From: a virus | Lineage: Duplodnaviria > Caudoviricetes | Direction: 5' to 3' (one strand) | IMG/VR virus record: IMGVR_UViG_3300027969_000040 | Length of the DNA stretch: 64,000 nt | Shown: piece by piece, positions 38,069-47,723 of the stretch | Layout: the number at the start of each line of letters is the position of its first letter | Position numbering within the stretch: the first letter of the stretch is position 1 | Position numbers and translations under genes: made by a program | The notes under the pieces: generated by a model | Databases searched by the model: none | What the model was told of the DNA's origin: nothing | The model's input: only the letters and a program-made list of their open reading frames with translations

Positions 38069-41000
38069 ATGACCATTAAAGTATCAGACTTCGCATCGAG
38101 CTCGTTATCGGGAAATGTAGTTTTAACTGCTAAAACAGCTATATTTACTACAACAATAGTAGCAGATGGCTTTCCTGAAGGTGCAGCAAAAATAATTGCA
38201 AAACTCAGGAAAGATAGCGAAACTGGCAATGTTTTGGCAGCGTCTGATACTATTTTAATTAATGATAATAGTCAAGCTGGAACTGGTGTTGCTATTACGG
38301 TATTACCTTTTACATTAGTACAACCAATTAGATTGGTTGCATATTCGAGGCAATTAACAGGAGCCGGTGGCACAGCGCCATATCAATTTTCTTATACCGG
38401 AAGTTTGCCCACTGGTTTAGATTTGTTACCTAACGGAATTTTAACAGGAATTCCTTTAGAAGTAGGAGTATTTAATTTTACAGTAACCGCTACTGATGTT
38501 AATACAGATTTTGGTAGTACTGTTTATCAATTGGCTGTAACAGGGCCGGGAATATATTTATTCCCTGCAACACTGAATGCAGGGTATACAAATTTATTGT
38601 ATAATACATCGGTTGCTGCAACCGGTGGCCTTCCTCCTTATGAGTTTACTATATCTCAAGGTGCATTACCAACAGGTGTGGTGTTAACCCTAAGCGGTAA
38701 TTTTGAAGGAAAACCTCAGGATGCAGGGCCTGTTGCCATAGTAGTAACAGCAACCGACTCCAATGGTAATACAGGATCTAAATCTTATATTATTAATATA
38801 AATCGTATTAGTGTTGTAGTAAGTCCGCCTACTCTACCTCCGGCATTTAAAAAATTACCATACTCTCAAGCAATAACAGGAACCGGGGGTACACTTCCTT
38901 ATTCTTGGTCTGTTATAAGTGATGATACTTTTCCAACTGGGATATTGTTAGACCCAGCAACTGGGGTAGTATCAGGAACGACTGTTGTAGTGGGAAGTAA
39001 ATCGATAACTGTTAAAATTACAGATAAAGATGGAAATTATGGAACTGCAAATTATACATTTTTATCTAATGAAGTAAGCATTTACATTACTCCTAATACA
39101 GCTATACTTGCTTCTATACAAATAAACTCAACTTATAACCAGGTCTTAACAGCAACTGGTGGTGTTTATTTGCCCAATACAACTCCTTCGTATACATGGA
39201 TAGTATTTTCCGGCGCATTGCCGCCGGGAATTACATTTAACGGAGTAAGCGGTACACTAGCCGGAAGGCCAACTGAAATTGGCAATTACTCTTTTTCAAT
39301 TCAAGCAACAGATGGATATCAAAATAGCGGAACAAGATCGTACCTCTTTAATGTATTACCAGTTACTGTTACAGTTTCTCCTGCTGAGCTGGGTCTTATT
39401 ACCATTGGTGAACCATATACACAAGTATTTTCAGCAACGGGCGGCGAAGCACCTTACACTTATTCAGTACATGCAGGAACATTACCATCGGGTATAACAC
39501 TAAATCCAAATGGAACATTAACAGGCACTACTTATGTAACCTTAGAGCGTAATGTTACTATCAAAATAACTGACGTGAACGGAAATTTTGTATTAAAACA
39601 AATTAAAGCATCGGTTGCATCCGACCATTGGATAATAAGTTTAAAAAATGTTAATAGTGTTTCTTTGGAATCATATAGTGCTGCTGAATCATCTAACAAT
39701 CCTGGTAGTATTAATACTATTAATGAAAATGAATATGCAACTAGAGTTGTAGTTTCGTCAAGGTATTCGACTGGTAACGAAACATTGTATTGGAATATAG
39801 CACAAGCACCGGGTGTATCTGCACACCCGGTGGGAAATGATTTTGGGATAATTACGGCAAGTACTGTTACTAAATCTATATACGATTTTGATACGTCTTT
39901 TGCAACCGAGTTTTCTTTTAACGCTGGTCAAATAACTTTAGCTAAATGGATAGCAACAAATCTCTATCAATCAAATAGTACATTTAATACAGATACCGGT
40001 ACCAAATACGGATTATTTAGAAAACCCGATGCAGCCGGTTTAGCAAGTTGGGTACGAGGGGCAACGGTTAATAATTGGGGTGTTGGCAATGTAAGTTTAG
40101 TTAATCAGTTTTTTAAAGGAGTAAGCACAGAGCTCGATTATTCTAGGTCGTTAACTTCTAATAAAACACTTTTGTCCGACGCAAACCAGTCTGGATCAAA
40201 TTTCTATGACAGACCCGACAGCGTCGGCGGCACAATTATTACATTCGATCCGTACACTTACACAAACGGATATAGTCAAGAGTTTAATGTAGTAGGGGCT
40301 GATTTAACATTGGCCCAATGGATTGGTGCTAATTTGTATACATCAAATGATCAATTTACTACAAATTTAACCCCAGCAGTACGATACGGATTATTCAGAA
40401 ATCCAGACCTATTAGGATTAAACGGATGGGTTAATAGAGCAAAAGTAATGAGTTGGGGTGTCAATAATGCAAATTTAATAAATGAATTTTTTTCTAACGC
40501 AGCAATAAGTGCGCTCGACGGCCCTAGATCACTAACAAACAAAAAAGATTTTATTGCAGGTCATTCACCTGGTGACGTATTTTATGATCGACCAAATAAA
40601 ACTGGAATGCTTGCACTGTCAGCCGTTGCAGATTCAACTACAGAAGGCGCTGAGCAGTTTATTGTAGAAATAAGACAAAATAGTTTAACAGGCCCAGTTG
40701 TTGCTGCAACCGATAATATCACTATTGCTGATAATAGTACGGCTAGTTCAACAGTTTATAATAATGATGCAATTGGATTTAGAAATTTTATTTACAGAGT
40801 AAGTGAAGGTGACACATTAAATTTTGAAGTGTTAGCACCTGGAAATGTACCAATTTCTGCACTGACTACTAATTTAACTCAGATAACAGTTTCTACTCCG
40901 TCTACAGCAACTCTTCCGGATTTTGTTGTAGGTACAAAAACTGTTCCAATGGTTGGAAGAGTAGGACTAGCAAGTCTGACAGTTGTGGCAGATATGTTAA

Positions 41001-43414
41001 CAGAGGGAGAGGAATATGTTACTATTGCAGTTGTATACAATGGAACACAACAATCTTCATTGGAAGGACCGGTATTGATTGCTGATACTTCAAAAGTAAC
41101 ATACGAATTTACCAATACCCCGGCTGGTGTCAACGAAGGTGATGTAGCAAATTTTAGTATACGTACCACTGGAGTATCCGACGGAACAAGATTATACTGG
41201 CGTATTAATCATATCACTACACAACCGGCAGACTTTTCTAACGCAGCAACAAAATTTGAGGTGTTATACGCATTTGCAAGTAACCCACTTGCACCTCTTA
41301 AACCGTCGTCTAATGCAGTAATTGATTATTGGATGATAAATGGTTTATCTACATTTAACTACAGCATATTAACAATCAGGTCTGGAGATCCAGCACTTGC
41401 ACAACAAATTGATGCAGCCCGAATTGCAGATTCAACAGGCACAACCGGACAAGCTATATTAGCTACACGAGCAGCAGTGTTAAAGGCCTATAACGAGTAT
41501 TATCAGGCCCAAATGTTTCCAGGTGAAAATGATATAAGGTATTGGATGACCAATGGATTGGGAATAAACAACAATACATTTATAATTGCAATTCAAAACG
41601 CAAACTCGGCCAACCCTGCATTGCAATTAGGGATACTACAGGAGAGAGCAGACCTCATTGGTATAAACACACGATGGGAAGTAATATATGCATTTGCTGG
41701 ATGTCCTTATGCAACAATTACTCCAACTGAGCTAGAAATAGCCGATTGGAGATGTAGAGGGCTGGCTGGGTTCCAACAAAATATGGTATCTAGATATACC
41801 GGAATAAGAGCATCTACAATTTCAGCTCAAAGAGATGCAGATAAGTTGATATCCGGTGGTGGTGCAGGACAATATGTTGTTAGTTCGAGAACGCAGGTAT
41901 TAGCAGCATATCAAGATGACCCTGACGCTAACCCGTATCCAACTGAAGTTGAAATACGTTATTGGATGGAACACGGATTGGGAGTTAACAATGTAACATT
42001 TAGTAATGCAGTACAGACAGACAAAACACAAAGCCCAACTACTTATGCTCAAAATTTAGCAATTAGAACACAACTAACAAGTAATAAGTCAAAAGCATGC
42101 AAAGGGTCAATTTTAGTACAGAGTGACACATGTACATTTGGTCTAAAAGCCAGGGCCGATATGTTAGCCGAAACTGAACAAAAATTTACAATAAGTTTAA
42201 GTACTACCGAAAACGGAGAACCAGTTGCAACTACTAGCATTATTACTATTGCAGATACTAGTGTGGAAATATATTCAACAGTTCCAGTAGATTATACTGG
42301 AATACAGTATTCTTATTCCAATTCTGTATCTGGTGGTACATCCTGGTATACAGTAGGTTATGGTTATCCAATATTAATTGATTCTACCAGTTTAAATTTA
42401 AATGGGTTGGGATCATTAGGAACGTCTCCTGGTGGATCGTTTGTAGTTAGCGGCGGTATAGGTGCTGTTACACCAACATTAAATGGAACATCTCCTAATT
42501 TTACTATTAATAATCCAACTAGTAACAATCTAATTTATCAAATTGTAGTAGAATACTTTGTTAGATCAAACTTAACAATTTTATATTCAATATATCGAGA
42601 AGTATCACCGGGCAACGATATTCTGATACAAGAAGATACCGCATTATTTAATAGAGTAACTGGATTAGATCCTGATGAATTTCCGTATAGTCGATATAAC
42701 TATTGGCCTTTAACTCAAACCGGATATGTTACCATTCCCGGGGGTACTACATATACATTTAAAATAAAAATGTCCGCCACTAGCTATAATTCTATTCCTG
42801 CTGGAAGTGGGCTAGTTTCTCAAAGCGCACCGCTTATAGTTTATTGTGATCCAAGTGGATTACGCAGAATTTCAGTCAATCTAGTTACATCAGTTAACCC
42901 AGGGTATGGATTACCTTTTTATTGGATCGAGGGACACTCAGATCAAAATTATATTCCGCCATCGATATATTATGTATATTTTAATACCATTGGGCAAACA
43001 ACAGTTGCAATAAACGAAGGTGCTTCATTTAATGTAATACTAACAGGACTATATCTGGCAGATGCTACATATACGTGGACTCTGTATCGTACTGCTGGTG
43101 GTGGTGCCGTTGCTGGCACCGACTTCATTACAGTAACTGGTACGGTTGCGGTAACTAGTAATTATGGATCATTTGGGGTAACTTCAAAATCTGATGCTCT
43201 AACAGAAGGAACAGCAACGTATTATGTTACTATTTCTCTTGCTGGATCAATAATAATAACTTCTGATACTATTGCAGTTACAGTCTACGATACTAGCTTG
43301 ACACCGCCACCACCACCACCGCCGTATTATCCACCACCACCACCACCATCACCACCGGCGCAAAGTTGGTGGTCATCCTGGATGAGCGGGTCCTGGGGCG
43401 ACTGGCGCTGGTAA
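38069..43414 (+). CDS. Ig-like (He_PIG) repeat tail fibre / adhesin, ~1780 aa
   Basis: About five He_PIG repeats, Calx-beta-like TEG.E segments, DUF4214-like modules and a poly-Pro C-terminus; ATG at 38069 follows TAAATA. Confidence 0.85.
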   Translation: MTIKVSDFASSSLSGNVVLTAKTAIFTTTIVADGFPEGAAKIIAKLRKDSETGNVLAASDTILINDNSQAGTGVAITVLPFTLVQPIRLVAYSRQLTGAGGTAPYQFSYTGSLPTGLDLLPNGILTGIPLEVGVFNFTVTATDVNTDFGSTVYQLAVTGPGIYLFPATLNAGYTNLLYNTSVAATGGLPPYEFTISQGALPTGVVLTLSGNFEGKPQDAGPVAIVVTATDSNGNTGSKSYIININRISVVVSPPTLPPAFKKLPYSQAITGTGGTLPYSWSVISDDTFPTGILLDPATGVVSGTTVVVGSKSITVKITDKDGNYGTANYTFLSNEVSIYITPNTAILASIQINSTYNQVLTATGGVYLPNTTPSYTWIVFSGALPPGITFNGVSGTLAGRPTEIGNYSFSIQATDGYQNSGTRSYLFNVLPVTVTVSPAELGLITIGEPYTQVFSATGGEAPYTYSVHAGTLPSGITLNPNGTLTGTTYVTLERNVTIKITDVNGNFVLKQIKASVASDHWIISLKNVNSVSLESYSAAESSNNPGSINTINENEYATRVVVSSRYSTGNETLYWNIAQAPGVSAHPVGNDFGIITASTVTKSIYDFDTSFATEFSFNAGQITLAKWIATNLYQSNSTFNTDTGTKYGLFRKPDAAGLASWVRGATVNNWGVGNVSLVNQFFKGVSTELDYSRSLTSNKTLLSDANQSGSNFYDRPDSVGGTIITFDPYTYTNGYSQEFNVVGADLTLAQWIGANLYTSNDQFTTNLTPAVRYGLFRNPDLLGLNGWVNRAKVMSWGVNNANLINEFFSNAAISALDGPRSLTNKKDFIAGHSPGDVFYDRPNKTGMLALSAVADSTTEGAEQFIVEIRQNSLTGPVVAATDNITIADNSTASSTVYNNDAIGFRNFIYRVSEGDTLNFEVLAPGNVPISALTTNLTQITVSTPSTATLPDFVVGTKTVPMVGRVGLASLTVVADMLTEGEEYVTIAVVYNGTQQSSLEGPVLIADTSKVTYEFTNTPAGVNEGDVANFSIRTTGVSDGTRLYWRINHITTQPADFSNAATKFEVLYAFASNPLAPLKPSSNAVIDYWMINGLSTFNYSILTIRSGDPALAQQIDAARIADSTGTTGQAILATRAAVLKAYNEYYQAQMFPGENDIRYWMTNGLGINNNTFIIAIQNANSANPALQLGILQERADLIGINTRWEVIYAFAGCPYATITPTELEIADWRCRGLAGFQQNMVSRYTGIRASTISAQRDADKLISGGGAGQYVVSSRTQVLAAYQDDPDANPYPTEVEIRYWMEHGLGVNNVTFSNAVQTDKTQSPTTYAQNLAIRTQLTSNKSKACKGSILVQSDTCTFGLKARADMLAETEQKFTISLSTTENGEPVATTSIITIADTSVEIYSTVPVDYTGIQYSYSNSVSGGTSWYTVGYGYPILIDSTSLNLNGLGSLGTSPGGSFVVSGGIGAVTPTLNGTSPNFTINNPTSNNLIYQIVVEYFVRSNLTILYSIYREVSPGNDILIQEDTALFNRVTGLDPDEFPYSRYNYWPLTQTGYVTIPGGTTYTFKIKMSATSYNSIPAGSGLVSQSAPLIVYCDPSGLRRISVNLVTSVNPGYGLPFYWIEGHSDQNYIPPSIYYVYFNTIGQTTVAINEGASFNVILTGLYLADATYTWTLYRTAGGGAVAGTDFITVTGTVAVTSNYGSFGVTSKSDALTEGTATYYVTISLAGSIIITSDTIAVTVYDTSLTPPPPPPPYYPPPPPPSPPAQSWWSSWMSGSWGDWRW

Positions 43415-43453
43415 TTTTTAATTATGATCAATCTAAAGTTAAGGTAAAATACA

Positions 43454-44683
43454 ATGCGCGACAGTATAACTATTAAAGAAAATCAATTTCAAGTTTGGTG
43501 GGAAATACGAACGGCAAACGTGCCAAACGGAACTACTCTTTATTGGACGTTGGGATTAGCCAACGGCGGCAGCCCGGGAGTTACGTTAGCCGATTTTGGA
43601 TTTGCACAAGAGTGGGGTACAGTAGTTATCAATGATAACTTTGCTAGTTTTCCAATGCGAGCAGTAGAGGATCAAGCATATGAGGGCCCGGAGTATTTTG
43701 TATTGCAATTAAGAACAAATAGTCAGTATGGTCCTGTTGTTGCAATTAGTAATTCTGTAAAAATTGTTGATACTAGTATTGGTGTACCAGCAGCACCGCC
43801 ATATTATGCACCGCCAGCAGCACCGCCAGCAGCACCGCCAGCAGCACCGCCAGCAGCAGCACCGGTACCGGTATATAGTTTACTAGCATCTACTTTAGTT
43901 ATAGAAGAAGGAAATTCGATTACTTATACTTTAACTGGACAAAATATTGTAAATGGTACATATTATTGGTATGTTAATCATACAGATACTTCTGCCTTGA
44001 ACTTTGTAGCAGAAAATGGATCGTTTACTGTTACAAATAATTCAGGAAACTTTGTTGTAAACTCTGTTGTTAATCAAATGTTATCAAGTGGAAATCGAGC
44101 ATTTACAGTAAGCGTCTATAAAGAGACCACTTCTACTGTTAGCTTCTATGGGCTATATACTTATTATTCACGTGTTATATTAGTAACATCTAGCATATGC
44201 TATCTGACAGATGTTGGAAGCCCTGGGCCTGGCGGCGGCGGCGGCGGCGGTGGTGGTAGTGTTGCAGTTAATGCGTATATGCCACGTACTACTAAGAGAG
44301 CAGCCGAAATAGACGTCGGAGATCCGTTAGTGTTATTGTCTTTCGATAGACAAGGTATGATGCCGGGTATAACATTAAGTAATAGAATCAGTCAACAAAA
44401 TTTATTAACACTTATCAGTGAGTCGGGTATTAGATTAACAGTGTCAGACAATACTCCGTTAACATTACCAAATGGTGCATATGTTAATAGCACACAAGCA
44501 TTGGGTAATTACTTACCGGTGAAAGATTCAGATGGTTTCCGTTGGGAACGAATTGTAGAAGTAGTCGATGCAGGCAAAGGCCTTGTTGCTACAATATCGT
44601 GCGAGAATCAATGCTATGCCGCAGGTGACGAGCCGGACCGATTTATATGGACACATAATTTTGCTGCAATGGAAAAACTATAA
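43454..44683 (+). CDS. Tail-associated protein with C-terminal Hint (intein-like) domain
   Basis: AAPP repeats and a poly-Gly linker, then SVAVNA...AAEIDVGD...WERIVEV...WTHN followed by FAAMEKL. Confidence 0.75.
   Translation: MRDSITIKENQFQVWWEIRTANVPNGTTLYWTLGLANGGSPGVTLADFGFAQEWGTVVINDNFASFPMRAVEDQAYEGPEYFVLQLRTNSQYGPVVAISNSVKIVDTSIGVPAAPPYYAPPAAPPAAPPAAPPAAAPVPVYSLLASTLVIEEGNSITYTLTGQNIVNGTYYWYVNHTDTSALNFVAENGSFTVTNNSGNFVVNSVVNQMLSSGNRAFTVSVYKETTSTVSFYGLYTYYSRVILVTSSICYLTDVGSPGPGGGGGGGGGSVAVNAYMPRTTKRAAEIDVGDPLVLLSFDRQGMMPGITLSNRISQQNLLTLISESGIRLTVSDNTPLTLPNGAYVNSTQALGNYLPVKDSDGFRWERIVEVVDAGKGLVATISCENQCYAAGDEPDRFIWTHNFAAMEKL
43808..43855 (+). repeat. 4 x 12-bp tandem repeat GCACCGCCAGCA (APPA)
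   Basis: Directly visible in the sequence. Confidence 0.9.
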
Positions 44684-44700
44684 AATAAAGGAATACACAA

Positions 44701-44997
44701 ATGAAATATCACATCAGAGCATTCAACAAAGTTCTAGGTCATTTATATGTTGAGTTTGAAGGATTTGGAAATAAAGCAATAAATGTACCAATCAACGATG
44801 CTGGGCTTTATATAACTGGTACCGAGCTAGATGAATATATAGAAAGTTTTATACCAGAAGCCGAAGTTAAAAGGAAAGCTGCACTAGCAGCCGGAATACC
44901 AAATTGGGAAGAAATTCAAAATTTAGTACCAGAGCCGGATCAGCAAATCTTTGTAACAAATTCTAATCCAGTTATTAATACTGGACCAGTTTTATAA
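44701..44997 (+). CDS. Small hypothetical protein, possibly tail-fibre assembly
   Basis: 98 aa at the end of the fibre operon; I.VPI..G.YITG.ELDEYI..F.P pattern. Confidence 0.55.
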   Translation: MKYHIRAFNKVLGHLYVEFEGFGNKAINVPINDAGLYITGTELDEYIESFIPEAEVKRKAALAAGIPNWEEIQNLVPEPDQQIFVTNSNPVINTGPVL

Positions 44998-44998
44998 C

Positions 44999-45241
44999 TC
45001 AGAGCCATCTTAAACAAAAATAAGTTAAATCCTCAGGGTGTAACTTAGCAATAACTTTAAAAAAATAATTGTAATTGTTGGGGTCGATGGCTTGTTCCCA
45101 TCTGGGCTTTTCCACAGCATGTCTCATAACCCATCGACCTGCTTCACTGGTCTCCCATTTGTATAGAGGCTCGGAGGCATACACACTAGGATCTTCTGCC
45201 CAAGCATCTACTAGAAATGTATGGACAACAATCTCTTGCAT
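44999..45241 (-). CDS. Hypothetical protein
   Basis: 80-aa ORF directly downstream of thyX. Confidence 0.6.
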   Translation of the reverse strand: MQEIVVHTFLVDAWAEDPSVYASEPLYKWETSEAGRWVMRHAVEKPRWEQAIDPNNYNYFFKVIAKLHPEDLTYFCLRWL

Positions 45242-45244
45242 ATA

Positions 45245-45928
45245 TTATTCTGACACGTATTCTTCGGCCATTGGGAATATAGCAGAAATGGCTTTAGCAC
45301 AGGCCAATGCTACAAGTTGATGTTCTTTTTGTGTACCATTTGCACTACGTAGTTCTATAAAGTGAACCCAGCTACGTAATGTGCCATTCATATATAAACG
45401 GCTAACAGTATTACCTTCGGGCAGTATAGCTCTAGCCTGCTCTTTAGCAATACCTTGGTCTATTGCCCATGAATAATGCTCATGTACTAGATCTATTACC
45501 TGTTGCTGTCTACGGTTCCACTCGGCAGTAATACCCTGTTGTTTTGCATCATTAGCATCAATTTCTATGCTGTTTTGTCTATTCTTGGTATCCTGTAAGC
45601 GTGCCTCTCTAAGAACAAAGCTAAGATCCTTAGTAGGGTCTGCATAGCGTTGACTAAACTCTTGGAAACTAAAACTACGGTGCCTAAGAATTTGACGTGC
45701 AATATCCCGTGTGGTTTCAATTTCTACACAAGCCGAAACCATTTCAAGTGGACTCCAATGTGCGTGTTTAACCAGATACCGAATAAGTTTCTCACTAGAT
45801 TCAGTATTGAATTGATTAGACGGATTGCTTACACGAGCACAGTAGGCAATTAGCTCTTGTGCATCGTTAATACCTTGTTGTTGAAATTCAGTCGTGGGTT
45901 GTGAGAATGAAACTAAAGTTACGTTCAT
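45245..45928 (-). CDS. thyX: FAD-dependent thymidylate synthase
   Basis: HWSPLE, RQILRHRSFSFQEFSQRY, AKEQARAILP, RSWVHFIELR, QKEH motifs. Confidence 0.97.
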   Translation of the reverse strand: MNVTLVSFSQPTTEFQQQGINDAQELIAYCARVSNPSNQFNTESSEKLIRYLVKHAHWSPLEMVSACVEIETTRDIARQILRHRSFSFQEFSQRYADPTKDLSFVLREARLQDTKNRQNSIEIDANDAKQQGITAEWNRRQQQVIDLVHEHYSWAIDQGIAKEQARAILPEGNTVSRLYMNGTLRSWVHFIELRSANGTQKEHQLVALACAKAISAIFPMAEEYVSE

Positions 45929-46266
45929 AGGTCTTTAAGTATTTGGTCGGTTATAGGTTGAATGGCTTTTGCAACATCGTCAACATCAACATAAAAGTCA
46001 ACATCAACAATAATATGATCCAAGGCTGTTAACCGTGAATCTAACATTTCTTCGATCGCGCTAGGATCGTTTCCCTCGTCGATTAATTCTTTAACATCGA
46101 TATTAACTACAGTTCCATCTATTAGATTTACATTAAGTGACCGAAGTAACGTAATAGGAATTTCATTTTTTTCTACATCTTTAAGAATTTTTTTCCATTG
46201 ATCTCGAGGAGAAACATTAATCTTTTTTAACTTTGGGCGCGGCTTTTTTCTTGGTGGGAGTGACAT
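45925..46266 (-). CDS. Hypothetical protein
   Basis: 113-aa ORF with ATGA overlap to thyX; overlaps the upstream gene by ~50 nt. Confidence 0.7.
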   Translation of the reverse strand: MSLPPRKKPRPKLKKINVSPRDQWKKILKDVEKNEIPITLLRSLNVNLIDGTVVNIDVKELIDEGNDPSAIEEMLDSRLTALDHIIVDVDFYVDVDDVAKAIQPITDQILKDL

Positions 46267-46891
46267 TTTTTGCAGTTATAGGGTCGAGCGCAGCGGCTTC
46301 TGTTAACAGACGATCAGCTTCTTTTAAAAGTTGCTCGGCATTGGCTTTCATAGTCTCGGCTTGTTTGATTCGGTCTTTGGCCAAATCGGCATCACTTAAC
46401 ACTTGGTCCGCTGGTGCTTGAATAGACGCAGGAATGGATCTACTAGAGCTAGGAACTCCTACTTCTCTTGGTTCTGGTTTACGTTTCTTACCAGTCATTC
46501 CGCGATCCGCATCTAACTCGGCAAGACGCTTAATTGCACTTTCGCCTTGTGCCATTTCATTTAAGATTGTATTCATTTCATCTAAACGAACAGAGCTAGT
46601 ACTATTGGGTGTCAGTATAACTTGATTAGTTGGGATTTTTTTAAGTAATCCGTTTTTATGTAATGCTTCTAGACAGTTAGTTCCGTCGGACATTAGATTT
46701 CTAAATAAGACATCTGACAAACTTTCGGCTGCTTGACCCGGCGCACTTTCTAAAACCGACATTACTGTGTCGTGATACATTCTTGGAAGTAAATCACTAT
46801 ATGCAACTAAGCACATATGATCTTCCCCAGGCAGGGTTCTAAATATTAATACAATTTTTTTGTTGTTATGTTTGCCAATATGTTTATACAT
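46217..46891 (-). CDS. Hypothetical protein
   Basis: 224-aa ORF with an AGGA RBS and a coiled-coil / Lys-rich C-terminus. Confidence 0.75.
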   Translation of the reverse strand: MYKHIGKHNNKKIVLIFRTLPGEDHMCLVAYSDLLPRMYHDTVMSVLESAPGQAAESLSDVLFRNLMSDGTNCLEALHKNGLLKKIPTNQVILTPNSTSSVRLDEMNTILNEMAQGESAIKRLAELDADRGMTGKKRKPEPREVGVPSSSRSIPASIQAPADQVLSDADLAKDRIKQAETMKANAEQLLKEADRLLTEAAALDPITAKNVTPTKKKAAPKVKKD

Positions 46892-46902
46892 AATAATTTC
46901 CT

Positions 46903-47130
46903 TTAAGTAGTGCTATTGCTTGATTCATCGTTTTTAGCCACATTAGCTGCATTAATAAAGGTTGTAATACGATCGTATAACGCACCCACACTTGACAATT
47001 CGTCCGGTTTCCAAGCGCCTCTTTTTGTTACAGTTTCTATAATCTGTAACATTATGTTTAGGTCGTTTAAACTTAATGTTGGTGTGTTTGGTGGAATCTC
47101 ACTAGATTCGTTATTTGAAACTTCAGACAT
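46903..47130 (-). CDS. Hypothetical protein
   Basis: 75 aa; GGAG RBS and upstream TAAATA (47155-47160). Confidence 0.7.
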   Translation of the reverse strand: MSEVSNNESSEIPPNTPTLSLNDLNIMLQIIETVTKRGAWKPDELSSVGALYDRITTFINAANVAKNDESSNSTT

Positions 47131-47188
47131 AAATTGATTCTCCGATGATACACTTATTTAAGTGCAATGGCCATCGACCAATAAATTT

Positions 47189-47497
47189 TTATAATTTAAA
47201 ACTATTAATGTCTGACAGCACCAATGCAAAATACGATGCTTCACTATGTATCTCAAATCCGGCACGTTTACGCATAGAAAATCCACTGCTACCATCGGCA
47301 ATGGATACTACATCACCAAAATAAAACCTACCTTCGAGATTTTCAAATATCCAATTGACTATCTGACTAGCAGGCCCGGTTAGATCAAAGTCCACCGCAA
47401 AAAAATGTGGCGGGCAATGATCTAATTTACGTAATCCGTGTACGTTTAACGGATTAATCTGGAATGACTGTAGTGATTGTAACGTCATTAAAAACAA
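47189..47497 (-). CDS. Hypothetical protein
   Basis: 102-aa ORF in the minus-strand run. Confidence 0.6.
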   Translation of the reverse strand: MFLMTLQSLQSFQINPLNVHGLRKLDHCPPHFFAVDFDLTGPASQIVNWIFENLEGRFYFGDVVSIADGSSGFSMRKRAGFEIHSEASYFALVLSDINSFKL

Positions 47498-47723
47498 TTT
47501 CGTTGGCTAGATCTTCTAAATCCAATCGATCTTTAAGATACTCGTTTGCAGTTTCGACAAAACTATTTAATAGATGTGGCTGACTTGTCATGATCGAAAT
47601 CTCAGCTGAGCGAGCCAAATCATCCAAGTAACGCTCACAATCTAGTAACTTAATTTGTAAGTCTGTAATTACTTGACGAGCTTGTTTAAGACGTTTTACA
47701 GAGTCTGGATTTACAATTTTCAT
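47454..47723 (-). CDS. Hypothetical protein (MKIVNPDS...)
   Basis: ATG at 47723 overlaps the VWA gene stop (ATGA). Confidence 0.6.
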   Translation of the reverse strand: MKIVNPDSVKRLKQARQVITDLQIKLLDCERYLDDLARSAEISIMTSQPHLLNSFVETANEYLKDRLDLEDLANEIVFNDVTITTVIPD

